DNA from: Gallionella sp.
GTDB taxonomy: Bacteria; Pseudomonadota; Gammaproteobacteria; Burkholderiales; Gallionellaceae
NCBI GenBank assembly: GCA_028689145.1
Contig: JAQTWT010000002.1
Span: 289,533-353,532 of the forward strand
Length of the DNA: 64,000 bases
Reading direction: 5' to 3'
Numbering within the stretch: position 1 is the first letter of the stretch; every line of letters starts with the position of its first letter. This document shows, piece by piece, positions 19,618 through 28,988 of the stretch. A program made the position numbers and the translations under genes. Below the pieces are notes generated by a model that was given only the letters and a program-made list of their open reading frames with translations, did not search any database and was not told where the DNA came from.

Positions 19618-21098
19618 CGGGCTATTTTAGAATTTGAATTATTTTTTCGCGGTGGCAGTAAATCGGTGATGCTGCCCTCGGCCATTTCCGCCGCGAAACC
19701 GAGCGTTTCGGACAGGGTCGGGTGCGGGTGAATAGTCAGGCCGATGTCTTCCATATCCGCGCCCATTTCCAGCGCGAGCACCGCTTCGGCGATCAGTTCA
19801 CCGGCATTGGTGCCAACGATGCCCGCACCGAGGATGCGGCGTGTCTGCGGGTCGAGCAACAGTTTGGTGGCACCCTCTTCGCGGCCGATGGACAGCGCGC
19901 GTCCCGATGCCGCCCAGGGAAATGAGGCTTTTTCGTATTCGATGCCCTGTGCCTTGGCTTGTGTTTCGGTCAGTCCCATCCAGGCGATTTCCGGATCGGT
20001 GTATGCCACCGACGGAATAGTCAGCGGCTCGAAGAATGACTTGTGTCCGGCGATCACTTCCGCCGCGACCTTACCCTCATGCACCGCCTTGTGTGCCAGC
20101 ATCGGCTCGCCGACGATGTCGCCGAGCGCAAAAATATGCGGCACGTTGCTGCGCATCTGCTTGTCCACCGGGATGAAGCCGCGCTCGTTGACCGTCACGC
20201 CCGCCGCTTCCGCGCCGATGTCGCGCCCGTTGGGGCGGCGACCGACCGCCATCAGCACGCGCTCGTACAGTTGCGGTTCGGGTGCCTGCTCGCCCTCGAA
20301 GGTTACTTTCAGGCCGTCCTGTTGCGCCGCGATGTTGGCCACTTTGGTTTTCAGATAGATCGCTTCGTAGCGTTTTTCGATGCGCTTGTGCAGCGGGCGC
20401 ACCAGGTCGCGATCCGCGCCGGGAATCAGGCCGTCGGCCAGTTCCACCACGCTGATTTTGCTGCCGAGCGCGTCATACACCGTGGCCATTTCCAGCCCGA
20501 TGATGCCGCCGCCGACGATCAGCATGCGCTTCGGCACATCCCGGAGTTGCAGTGCGCCGGTGGAATCGATGATGCGCGGATCGTCATAGGGGATGCCGGG
20601 GATGCGCGCCACGCTGGAGCCTGCGGCGATGATGGCGTGGTCGAAGCTGATAGTTTGGTCGCCTTCGGCGGTTGCAACGACGATGCTGTTGGGCGAGATG
20701 AATTTTGCTTCACCCTGTACCACCTGCACCTTGCGCTGCTTGGCGAGCTGCTTCAGTCCGCCGGTCAGCTTGCTGACGACGCTGTCTTTCCATGAGCGGA
20801 TTTTATCGATGTCGATTTGCGGTTCGCCGAAAGATACGCCGTGCTGCGCCACTTCTCTGGTTTCGTTGATGACTTTTGCGACATGCAGCAACGCCTTGGA
20901 CGGGATGCAGCCGACGTTCAGGCACACCCCGCCAAGGCTGGTATGGCGTTCCACCATCACCACCTGTTTGCCCAGATCGGCAGCACGAAACGCCGCCGTG
21001 TAGCCGCCGGGGCCGGCACCGAGCACCAGCACTTCAGCGTGCATGGTCTTCCCGGAAGGGTCGCCCGCGTTAACCTTGGTTTCGATGCTTTGGCTCAT
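19614..21098 (-). CDS. lpdA: Dihydrolipoamide dehydrogenase (E3)
   Basis: GAGPGGY FAD motif, GGVCLNVGCIPSK redox disulfide, GGGIIGLE NAD motif, HPHPTLSE; start set at ATG 21098 behind AGGAAGAAG. Confidence 0.96.
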   Translation of the reverse strand: MSQSIETKVNAGDPSGKTMHAEVLVLGAGPGGYTAAFRAADLGKQVVMVERHTSLGGVCLNVGCIPSKALLHVAKVINETREVAQHGVSFGEPQIDIDKIRSWKDSVVSKLTGGLKQLAKQRKVQVVQGEAKFISPNSIVVATAEGDQTISFDHAIIAAGSSVARIPGIPYDDPRIIDSTGALQLRDVPKRMLIVGGGIIGLEMATVYDALGSKISVVELADGLIPGADRDLVRPLHKRIEKRYEAIYLKTKVANIAAQQDGLKVTFEGEQAPEPQLYERVLMAVGRRPNGRDIGAEAAGVTVNERGFIPVDKQMRSNVPHIFALGDIVGEPMLAHKAVHEGKVAAEVIAGHKSFFEPLTIPSVAYTDPEIAWMGLTETQAKAQGIEYEKASFPWAASGRALSIGREEGATKLLLDPQTRRILGAGIVGTNAGELIAEAVLALEMGADMEDIGLTIHPHPTLSETLGFAAEMAEGSITDLLPPRKNNSNSKIAR

Positions 21099-21182
21099 GG
21101 CTTCTTCCTGAATGGTTAACTTATCCACAGATTAAAAGCAGAGATTTTTAATCTGCGTCAATCTGCGGACAGGGTTGTTGTA

Positions 21183-22442
21183 TCAAACGCGAACCTGCCC
21201 GCTGCCCAGCACGATATATTTCTGCGAGGTCAGCCCTTCCAGACCGACCGGGCCGCGCGCGTGGATCTTGTCGGTGGAGATGCCGATCTCCGCGCCGAGG
21301 CCGTACTCGAAGCCGTCGGCGAAGCGCGTCGAGGCGTTCACCATCACCGAGCTGGAATCCACCTCGCGCAGAAAGCGCATCGCCCTGCTGTAATTCTCGG
21401 TGACGATGCTGTCGGTATGCTGCGAGCCGTAACTGTTGATGTGCTCGATGGCCTCGTCCAGCCCGGCGACCACGCGCACCGCGAGAATCGGCGCAAGATA
21501 TTCGGTGCGCCAGTCTTCCTCGGTGGCAGCCTGCATTTGCGCAACGATGGCGCGCGCCGCCGCGTCGCCGCGCAACTCGACGTGCTTGTCCAGATAGATT
21601 TTGCACAGCGGCGGCAGCACCCTGGCGGCCACACTTTGCGCGACCAGCAGCGTCTCCATCGCGTTGCACACGCCGTAGCGGTGCGTCTTGGCGTTGTCCG
21701 CGATACGGATCGCCTTGTCGAGGTCGGCTGCGTCGTCGATATACACATGGCAGACACCGTCCAAATGTTTGATTACCGGAATGCGTGCCTCCTCGGAGAT
21801 GCGCGCGATCAGGCTCTTGCCGCCGCGCGGCACGATCACATCCACATAATCCTTCATGGTGATCAGCTCGCCGACCGCAGCTCGGTCGGTGGTGGCAATC
21901 ACCTGCACCGCCGTTTCAGGCAGCCCGGCAGCGCGCAATCCAGCGTGTACGCAGGCCGCTATTGCCTGATTGGAATGAATTGCTTCCGAACCGCCGCGTA
22001 AAATCGCCGCGTTGCCGGATTTCAGGCACAGCCCGGCAGCGTCCGCCGTGACGTTGGGGCGCGACTCGTAAATGATGCCGATCACGCCGAGCGGCACGCG
22101 CATCTTGCCGACCTGGATGCCGGAAGGACGGTAACTCAAGTCACTAATCGCGCCGATTAGGTCGGGCAGTTGCGCGATCTGCAGCAAGCCTTCGGCCATG
22201 CTGCGCACGGTTTTTTCGGTCAGCGTCAGGCGATCCACCGAGGCGCTGTCCAGCCCGTTGGCCTGTGCCGCGGCCACATCTCTGGCGTTCGCGGCGATGA
22301 GTTGCGCGGACTGGTTGTGCAGCGCGGCAGCGATCTCGGTCAGCGCGTGGTTCTTGGTGGCGGTGTCGGCCTGTGCCATGATGCGCGAAGCCGCACGGGC
22401 CTGCTGTCCGACGGACTTCATGTATTGTTGGATGTCTTCCAT
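21183..22442 (-). CDS. proA: Gamma-glutamyl phosphate reductase
   Basis: [51 protein letters not shown]-like motif; start set at ATG 22442. Confidence 0.97.
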   Translation of the reverse strand: MEDIQQYMKSVGQQARAASRIMAQADTATKNHALTEIAAALHNQSAQLIAANARDVAAAQANGLDSASVDRLTLTEKTVRSMAEGLLQIAQLPDLIGAISDLSYRPSGIQVGKMRVPLGVIGIIYESRPNVTADAAGLCLKSGNAAILRGGSEAIHSNQAIAACVHAGLRAAGLPETAVQVIATTDRAAVGELITMKDYVDVIVPRGGKSLIARISEEARIPVIKHLDGVCHVYIDDAADLDKAIRIADNAKTHRYGVCNAMETLLVAQSVAARVLPPLCKIYLDKHVELRGDAAARAIVAQMQAATEEDWRTEYLAPILAVRVVAGLDEAIEHINSYGSQHTDSIVTENYSRAMRFLREVDSSSVMVNASTRFADGFEYGLGAEIGISTDKIHARGPVGLEGLTSQKYIVLGSGQVRV

Positions 22443-22513
22443 GACATTTCCTGAGTTGCGTGCAACGCGCATTTTAGCATCACGCTTACGCTAGAATGTG
22501 CACCTTATATTGC

Positions 22514-22579
22514 GTAGGGGCGTATGGCAATACGCTCTTGGTTTGTGTAGGGGCGTATGGCAATACGCCCTTGGGTTGT
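22514..22579 (+). repeat. Two tandem 33-bp GTAG-tagged REP units
   Basis: GTAGGGGCGTATGGCAATACGC(T/C)CTTGG(T/G)TTGT at 22514 and 22547, each with the internal palindrome GCGTAT..ATACGC. Confidence 0.88.
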
Positions 22580-22598
22580 ATATCAGAAAAGGGAAACA

Positions 22599-23387
22599 AT
22601 GTCCGACATCCTCAACAAAATCCTCGCCGTCAAGGCGCAGGAAGTGGCAGCCGCCCTTGCCGCCAAGCCGCTCGCAGCGGTACGCGCCGAGGCGGAGCAG
22701 GCTGCCGCGCCGCGCGACTTTACCGGCGCGATCCGCGCCAAAATTGCCGCAGGTCAAGCCGCCGTGATCGCGGAAATCAAAAAGGCCAGCCCGAGCAAGG
22801 GCATACTGCGCGCCGATTTTCGCCCCGCTGAAATCGCTCTCAGCTACGCGCAGCATGGCGCGGCGTGCCTGTCAGTGCTGACCGACGAACAGTTTTTTCA
22901 GGGCAGCGCGGAATACCTTAAGCAGGCGCGTGCCGCCTGCGCGCTGCCGGTGTTGCGCAAGGATTTCATGGTGGACGAATACCAGATATATCAGGCGCGC
23001 GCGATGGGTGCGGACGCTATCCTGCTGATCGCCGCCGCGCTGGATGTGAAGCAAATGCAGGCATTCGAAACGCTGGCGCGCAGCCTCAATATGGCGGTGC
23101 TGGTGGAAGTACATAACGGCGAAGAGCTGGATGCCGCGCTGCAACTCTCTACGCCGCTGCTCGGCGTGAACAACCGCAACCTGCGCACCTTTGAGGTGAG
23201 CCTGCAAACCACGCTGGACTTGCTGCCGCGCATTCCGGATGAACGCATCGTCGTCACCGAAAGCGGTATTCTCAAGGCGGAGGATGTCCGGCTGATGCGC
23301 GGCAACCGGGTGAACGCCTTTCTGGTTGGCGAAGCGTTTATGCGCGCGGACGATCCGGGTGCGGAGCTGGCGAAAGTGTTTGGATAA
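22599..23387 (+). CDS. trpC: Indole-3-glycerol phosphate synthase
   Basis: [43 protein letters not shown]; start set at ATG 22599. Confidence 0.97.
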   Translation: MSDILNKILAVKAQEVAAALAAKPLAAVRAEAEQAAAPRDFTGAIRAKIAAGQAAVIAEIKKASPSKGILRADFRPAEIALSYAQHGAACLSVLTDEQFFQGSAEYLKQARAACALPVLRKDFMVDEYQIYQARAMGADAILLIAAALDVKQMQAFETLARSLNMAVLVEVHNGEELDAALQLSTPLLGVNNRNLRTFEVSLQTTLDLLPRIPDERIVVTESGILKAEDVRLMRGNRVNAFLVGEAFMRADDPGAELAKVFG

Positions 23388-23411
23388 ATAATTCGTTCGG
23401 GCTGCTGCTAA

Positions 23412-23621
23412 ATGTCGCACTCCATGAATACACAAGACCCCGCCAATAAACCCGCAGGGTGCAACGACTGCATCCACTACTTTATTACCCATGTCGCCAC
23501 ATTCAGATACGGCTGCCGAGCTTTGGATTTCAAGAGCAAACGGCAACCGCTTCTGGATGTCATCGAGGCATCCGGGCAACGGTGCCAGTTCTTCCGGGAA
23601 AAAGGGCGGGGGCGGAAATAG
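23412..23621 (+). CDS. Small four-cysteine protein of unknown function
   Basis: CNDC-x-HYFITH...YGCRALDFKS...EASGQRCQFF; follows trpC closely; the start may be ATG 23424. Confidence 0.7.
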   Translation: MSHSMNTQDPANKPAGCNDCIHYFITHVATFRYGCRALDFKSKRQPLLDVIEASGQRCQFFREKGRGRK

Positions 23622-23645
23622 TCCGTTAAGTGCCAATAACGGACT
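23620..23645. repeat. Short palindrome at the left edge of the AT-rich island (unit 1)
   Basis: AGTCCGTTA-agtgccaa-TAACGGACT, a perfect 9-bp stem with a GTGCCA loop. Confidence 0.75.
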
Positions 23646-23744
23646 TACAACTTGATGCTCCATTCTCGGTCTGTCTGTTAGGATAGGTATATACTTATCC
23701 ATTATTGAATATCCCTTGAGCCACTCAATTAACTTCTATCATCT

Positions 23745-24491
23745 GTGACAACATTTGCCGATCTATTCTCATCACTGAAAGATGAGCTTGCAGCGAGATA
23801 CAGGAGTCCATTTTGGGGAACTGCTCTTATCGTGCTCACTGCATATCACTGGAGAATCATCGTATTCTTCTTTACAGAGAAGCAAAATGCAAAAGATACA
23901 ATCGCATTTATTGAATCAAACGTGTCGTTTGTGAGCATCATGACATCCATTGCAATTGCGTTGTGTTATGTCATCGTATTTCCCTGGTTTGAGCTTGGAC
24001 TTGCGCGCGCTATGTCATTTGGTAAACGTGCCCGTAATGACTTCTATACGGAAGAGCGTGAGTGGGAGATTGGGCGGCGTAAATTGATCGCTCAGGAGCA
24101 AGCCAATATAATTGAAATGGAACTCAAAAATAGGAGCGACCAATCAAAGTTGGCAGATATTCAGTTAGTTAAGAGCTACCAGAATATACTTCAAGGAGAA
24201 AACTTCGGAAGGTGGCTGAATGATATTAAAAATGGTCCCATTCACAACAACCTACAAAACACAATAAACAACTACCTGAACATGGTGGATTCAATTGAAG
24301 GCAAATTCATCAATTCAGAAATCGAGTTAGCTCACGCCAACTTTGTGAGTGATCTGTCCACTTTGGTATCTGCTCTTAGTGATGGAAAGCTGGATGAAAC
24401 TCGACGAGCAGATATTATAAAATTTGGCAGCAAAGCCCTTGCATCTCAACAAGAGTACCGCAAAAAAGTTCGTGAGTTGCTAGGAGTTTAA
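23745..24491 (+). CDS. Hypothetical membrane protein (2 N-terminal TM + coiled coil)
   Basis: 248-aa ORF with GTG start, RSPFWG...HWR before TM1, second TM ~60-83, charged helical tail; AT-richer than its flanks. Confidence 0.8.
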   Translation: MTTFADLFSSLKDELAARYRSPFWGTALIVLTAYHWRIIVFFFTEKQNAKDTIAFIESNVSFVSIMTSIAIALCYVIVFPWFELGLARAMSFGKRARNDFYTEEREWEIGRRKLIAQEQANIIEMELKNRSDQSKLADIQLVKSYQNILQGENFGRWLNDIKNGPIHNNLQNTINNYLNMVDSIEGKFINSEIELAHANFVSDLSTLVSALSDGKLDETRRADIIKFGSKALASQQEYRKKVRELLGV

Positions 24492-24515
24492 AAAGGCAAC
24501 ATTGGGCATAAGTGT

Positions 24516-24541
24516 AACGGTCTCCTTTGTGCCAGAGGACT
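24516..24541. repeat. Degenerate palindrome between island ORFs (unit 2)
   Basis: AACGGTCTCCTTTGTGCCAGAGGACT: shares the GTGCCA loop and GGACT end with unit 1, and GGTCTCCTTYG with unit 3. Confidence 0.55.
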
Positions 24542-24644
24542 TTAGAAATAAAGTTTAGCTTGGCATGAATTCCTTATTTCTAAACGAGCAAGCCCATGTA
24601 TTTTTATAGTATAGAATTGTACGCACTCCATAATTAATTGTCTG

Positions 24645-25160
24645 TTGAGAGCATCAACGATGAACGATACCAGCATCCCTATACCGAAAGAATCGGGCTC
24701 AGATGGTCACCAAGTCAAGGCCGACGTGAGTGGCGAGCTTGTTCAGGCACAACCGTTGACGCACATGGTACAAGCGATTACGGGACTGGCTGCATCCAAT
24801 GCTCGTTTCTTTGGCGGGGAGGTAGCATCTACTCTCATTGCTGGGGCAACATCTCAGATGTCTGCCGAGCTAGCTCAGACTAAGCAAGAATTGGGGGCTC
24901 TTCGCCAAAAATATGAGGTGCTATCAAACAGTTTTGCCGATGAACGGATTCAAAAAGCCATACTAGCCGAGCGCATTGATTCATTCCGTTCTTCCCGCCA
25001 TCTCAAGAACATCGGAATATCGGTAGGTACTTTGCTGCTAGGGATCGGCGCTCAATTGATTAAAATTGATTACGTTCCACATGGTATTGCCTCAATTGTA
25101 ATTGGCGCGCTTCTTGTACTTTTAAGTTGGCTATCCGTACCGAAGGGAGCTGACAAATGA
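24645..25160 (+). CDS. Hypothetical protein (coiled coil + 2 C-terminal TM)
   Basis: 171-aa ORF (start may be ATG 24660); heptad-like LAQTKQELGALRQKYEVL, two hydrophobic helices at the C-terminus; ATGA-coupled to the next ORF. Confidence 0.78.
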   Translation: MRASTMNDTSIPIPKESGSDGHQVKADVSGELVQAQPLTHMVQAITGLAASNARFFGGEVASTLIAGATSQMSAELAQTKQELGALRQKYEVLSNSFADERIQKAILAERIDSFRSSRHLKNIGISVGTLLLGIGAQLIKIDYVPHGIASIVIGALLVLLSWLSVPKGADK

Positions 25161-25573
25161 TTGTTTCTGACCTTGCGGAATTGTTACTGTATCCGGTTGC
25201 CGACCGAGGTGTACCAAATTCAGAAAGAGTCCCAATTCTTGTTCGAGAAGCTACAGATATGGGTCGTTATGGGTTAATGATAGGCTTTTCCGGCCCAAAT
25301 AGATTTGCTATGCCGTTCCAAGACAATCTTTTTTGGTTCGGTGATGGTGTTGTTAACGCTGGAGATTGGATTCTCGTCTTTACAGGAAGCGGCAACCCAA
25401 AAATAGACGATTGGACAACTCCCCCGGGTAGCAAAGTGTATTCAGTTCACTGGGGGAGGCCAAATACAATGTTTGCTAATTCTCAAATTGTTCCCATTTT
25501 GTTTCGTACCGACTCAGCTATTGTCGGTCAGCCCCAAGGCGACTTACCACAGTTAAAGATTGCAAATACCTAG
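25157..25573 (+). CDS. Hypothetical beta-rich protein (possible lamin-tail-like Ig fold)
   Basis: 138 aa; DRGVPNSERV, FWFGDGVVNAGDWILVFTGSG, VHWG. The fold guess is from motif resemblance only. Confidence 0.75.
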   Translation: MIVSDLAELLLYPVADRGVPNSERVPILVREATDMGRYGLMIGFSGPNRFAMPFQDNLFWFGDGVVNAGDWILVFTGSGNPKIDDWTTPPGSKVYSVHWGRPNTMFANSQIVPILFRTDSAIVGQPQGDLPQLKIANT

Positions 25574-25575
25574 CC

Positions 25576-25611
25576 TGTAGGATGCGGTTCGCAAGCTCAC
25601 CGCGTCCTACA
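25576..25611. repeat. GTAG-tagged REP, compact palindrome
   Basis: TGTAGGATGCGGTTCGCAAGCTCACCGCGTCCTACA; core GGTTCGCAAGCTCACC also present in the 47629 REPIN. Confidence 0.8.
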
Positions 25612-25625
25612 AGGTTGGAAGCGAG

Positions 25626-25652
25626 AAGGTCTCCTTCGGGTCGTTGTCAGCC
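25626..25652. repeat. Island right-edge motif (unit 3)
   Basis: AAGGTCTCCTTCGGGTCGTTGTCAGCC; GGTCTCCTTYG is directly repeated from unit 2. Confidence 0.45.
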
Positions 25653-25786
25653 ATCGTCAATACCCGCTATTGGTGAAGCTGGCATTACCGGTCAGGCAAT
25701 GAGCCAGGCAAGCAATGCGCATAAATTCTGCCCGTCAACTGTTGGCAAACTCTTCAAGGTAGAATTGCGGCCACATCAATCATGAG

Positions 25787-26242
25787 ATGAGCGCGGTTAT
25801 GGACTACCATGAACTAATCGCAATTACGCTTGCCGAGGCGCGCAGCGGGCTTGCCGAGGGCGGCGTTCCGGTAGGTGCGGCGTTATTTGGCGCGGATGGC
25901 ACTTTGTTGGGGCGTGGGCACAACCGTCGCGTGCAGGACGGCGATCCTTCGATACATGGCGAAACTGATGCGTTTCGCAAGGCCGGACGCCAAAAAAACT
26001 ATCGCGACAAAATCCTGGTTACCACACTTGCGCCCTGCTGGTATTGCAGTGGCCTGATACGCCAATTCAATATCGGTACCGTGGTCGTCGGGGAGTCGGT
26101 AAATTTTTCGGGTGGGATCGATTGGTTGCGCCAGAATGGTGTCAATGTTATTGACCTTAATTCGGCAGAGTGCATCGATATGATGGCCGACTTCATCCGT
26201 GATTATCCCGATTTATGGCATGAAGATATTGGGGAAGCGTGA
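25787..26242 (+). CDS. Nucleoside/cytosine deaminase (zinc-dependent CDA fold, FCY1-like)
   Basis: EGGVPVGA, HGETDA (HxE) and PCWYC (PCxxC) zinc motifs, WHEDIG C-terminus. Confidence 0.92.
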   Translation: MSAVMDYHELIAITLAEARSGLAEGGVPVGAALFGADGTLLGRGHNRRVQDGDPSIHGETDAFRKAGRQKNYRDKILVTTLAPCWYCSGLIRQFNIGTVVVGESVNFSGGIDWLRQNGVNVIDLNSAECIDMMADFIRDYPDLWHEDIGEA

Positions 26243-27993
26243 TGCTGCGATTAGCCAATAACCTGCTTGTGCTGGTCGCAATGTTGATTTGCGCGACATC
26301 CGCATCGGCACTCGAACAGATTACCCTGCAACTGAAGTGGACGCACGCCTTCCAGTTCGCCGGATATTATGCCGCGCAAGAGCAGGGGTATTACCGGGAT
26401 GCAGGCTTGGAAGTTAATATTGTTGAGGCCGCCCCCCATACTGAGCCAGTACGCAGCGTGCTGGAAGGTAAAGCGCAGTATGGCGTGGGAACCAGCAGCC
26501 TGTTACTGGAACGTGCTGCAGGAAAACCGGTGGTTGTGTTGGCCGTAGTGTTTCAGCAATCCCCTTACGAGATTTATGCTGCACCGCATATCCAGAGTCT
26601 GAATCAGTTGATTGGCAAACGCATCATGCTGGAGCCGCAATCGGATGAATTGCTGGCTTATCTGAAAAAAGAGGGTATTCCCATCGACCGTGTCCGGCAA
26701 TTACCGCACAGTTTCGATGCGACCGGGCTGATGACCGGCAAGACCGACGCGATTTCCGGGTATGTATCCAACGAACCGTTCTACTTTAAACAGGCGCATT
26801 ATCCCTACCAGACTTTTAGCCCCCGTTCGGCGGGAATCGATTTTTACGGCGACAATCTGTTTACCTCGACGCAGGAGTTAGAGTCCAATCCAAAGCGTGT
26901 TAAAGCCTTTCGGGCCGCCAGTTTGCGCGGCTGGCAATATGCAAAAGAACATCGCGACGAAGTGATTGCGCTGATTCTTGCCAAGTATTCAACGCAACAT
27001 AGCCGCGAATATTTGCGTTTTGAATCGGACCAGATGATTCCGTTATTGCAGCCCAATCTGATCGAGATCGGCTACATGAATCCGAATCGCTGGCGTGATA
27101 TAGCCAACACCTACGCGGATATTGGACATTTGCCGCACGATTTTTCTTTGGCGGGATTTATGTACGACGCGAGCGAACCGGACTTGACCTGGTTCTATCG
27201 CAGTCTGCTGGCTGCCCTGCTAGTCATAGCAGTCATCTCGTCGGTAACACTCTATATTTACCGCATTAACCGCAAGTTGCTCGCCAGCGAAAAGCATAAT
27301 CTGGTTATTCAGGAAAGTCTCAGGCAGTCCAATGAAGCTATCGAACGGTCACTGGCTGAACAACACCGCTTCATGGATATGCTTACCCATGAGCTTAAAA
27401 CTCCTATCTCAGTGGTACGTATGGCGCTGGGGGTTATGAAGGCGGAAGGGCCGTTCAAACGACATGCCGATCAGGCTTTGGAGGATATGAGCGGGATTGT
27501 CGAGCGATGCCGGCAGCTGGATCAGCTGGAACAGCGGAAGCTGACACCTTATGTGCAACCTTGCCACATCGAACAGATACTTGCTGAATTGCGCTCAAGC
27601 AGCGGTGCGCCGGATCGAATATCCATTACGAGTGCATCCCTGCCGGAGCTCAATACCGATGTACAATTATTGCGTATCATTCTCGGCAACCTGATCGGCA
27701 ATGCCATCAAATATTCACTGCCGGAATCCCTGATCGAGATTTATGCCGAGCCAGACCGTCGCTGTGACATACCGGGTGTCAGTGTGACTGTAATGAATCA
27801 GCCGGGAGTGGCGGGGCTGCCGGATTCCGCCCAGGTGTTTGGCAAGTATTACCGCAGTCCGGGTGCGCACAAACAAACCGGTTCCGGTCTCGGCCTGTAT
27901 TTGGTGCACAGTTTCACGGAATTACTGGGCGGACAGGTTGCATATGATGTCGTACAGGAAAAAGTAAGATTCACCCTATGGATACCCTGCTGA
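26239..27993 (+). CDS. Sensor histidine kinase with NMT1/THI5-like substrate-binding domain
   Basis: LQLKWTHAFQFAGYYAA and DFYGDNLF solute-binding motifs, one TM, HELKTP H-box, NLIGNAIKY and GSGLGL boxes. Confidence 0.9.
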   Translation: MMLRLANNLLVLVAMLICATSASALEQITLQLKWTHAFQFAGYYAAQEQGYYRDAGLEVNIVEAAPHTEPVRSVLEGKAQYGVGTSSLLLERAAGKPVVVLAVVFQQSPYEIYAAPHIQSLNQLIGKRIMLEPQSDELLAYLKKEGIPIDRVRQLPHSFDATGLMTGKTDAISGYVSNEPFYFKQAHYPYQTFSPRSAGIDFYGDNLFTSTQELESNPKRVKAFRAASLRGWQYAKEHRDEVIALILAKYSTQHSREYLRFESDQMIPLLQPNLIEIGYMNPNRWRDIANTYADIGHLPHDFSLAGFMYDASEPDLTWFYRSLLAALLVIAVISSVTLYIYRINRKLLASEKHNLVIQESLRQSNEAIERSLAEQHRFMDMLTHELKTPISVVRMALGVMKAEGPFKRHADQALEDMSGIVERCRQLDQLEQRKLTPYVQPCHIEQILAELRSSSGAPDRISITSASLPELNTDVQLLRIILGNLIGNAIKYSLPESLIEIYAEPDRRCDIPGVSVTVMNQPGVAGLPDSAQVFGKYYRSPGAHKQTGSGLGLYLVHSFTELLGGQVAYDVVQEKVRFTLWIPC

Positions 27994-28667
27994 ATATCAT
28001 CGTGGTGGAAGACCACGATGTGCTGCGCGAAGTCACCGTAGCGGCCTTGCGCGGCGAAGGTCACCATGTGACCGGCGTGGACTGCGCCGAAGCGCTGGCA
28101 GATATGGCGAATGTCATGCATATTGATCTGATGGTGATCGACCTCAATTTGCCGGGCGAGGACGGTATCAGCCTGACCCGGCGTATCCGCCAGACCCAGC
28201 CGGATGTCGGTATCATCATGGTCACCGCGCGCGGACAGCTTGCAGAAAAAATGCAGGGGTACGAGAGCGGTGCCGATATTTATCTTACCAAGCCGACTTC
28301 GGTAGAAGAACTCAGCGCGGCGATTCAGGCATTGTCCCGCCGCCTCAAGCCGGTTTCCCATGTTACATCCGCCCTCAAACTTGACCTTAACAAGCTTTCA
28401 CTGTCTGGTGAGCAGGGTGAGGTCAGTCTCACTGCCCACGAAGCCGCGCTGTTAGCCGCTTTTGTTCGCGCGCCGGGACATCGGCTGGAAAATTGGCAAA
28501 TCATCGCCCTGATGGGCAAGGGTGAAGCCGACTACAGCAAAACCAGTTTGGAGGTGCAAATTTCCCGGATACGCAAGAAGCTGGTGCAGGCCGGTGTTGC
28601 CGGGCAACCCATCAAATCTATCCGCCAGTTCGGTTATCAGTTATGTGTGGGTGTGAGGGTGATGTAG
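27978..28667 (+). CDS. OmpR-family response regulator
   Basis: VVEDH, IDLNLPGEDG (phospho-Asp), GADIYLTKP, winged-helix LEVQISRIRKKL...IRQFGY. Confidence 0.93.
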   Translation: MDTLLNIIVVEDHDVLREVTVAALRGEGHHVTGVDCAEALADMANVMHIDLMVIDLNLPGEDGISLTRRIRQTQPDVGIIMVTARGQLAEKMQGYESGADIYLTKPTSVEELSAAIQALSRRLKPVSHVTSALKLDLNKLSLSGEQGEVSLTAHEAALLAAFVRAPGHRLENWQIIALMGKGEADYSKTSLEVQISRIRKKLVQAGVAGQPIKSIRQFGYQLCVGVRVM

Positions 28668-28988
28668 TCGGAGTTTAAATTCGTGGGAGGTTGCAGCAAC
28701 CCACTTTCAATTGCCGCCAAGCGGCATCGTAGGCTTCTGTAAGGTTTCTTTTTCCTGTTTTGATACCCTGTAAAAATTGGCACGTAATGCATTTTATTTA
28801 CGTATTTCATGTATTTTTTATCACGGAATATGTGAGATGCCTATGCGATAGGCAAAACATATGCGAATAACAATTCGAACTGAATCTGACATCAGGTTTT
28901 GTCAGCCTAAAAATTGCTATTTAGCCCACTATATAGCGCCGAAAAATTTCAATTCGGCAATCACAGATTAAAAAATTAAGAGGATCGC

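Noticed and set aside
22514-22579. Possible CRISPR mini-array
   Set aside because: Only two units, the linkers are near-identical 9-mers rather than unique spacers, the units carry the GTAG REP signature, and there are no cas genes.
23645-24545. Classical integron attC/attI sites in the island
   Set aside because: No properly paired RYYYAAC/GTTRRRY cores (GTTAGGA at ~23677 fails the consensus) and no intI in the window.
28839-28853. GCCTAT-gcg-ATAGGC palindrome resembling CGTATGCAATAGGC at 34159
   Set aside because: Only two loosely similar copies, which could arise by chance; no known regulator matched.
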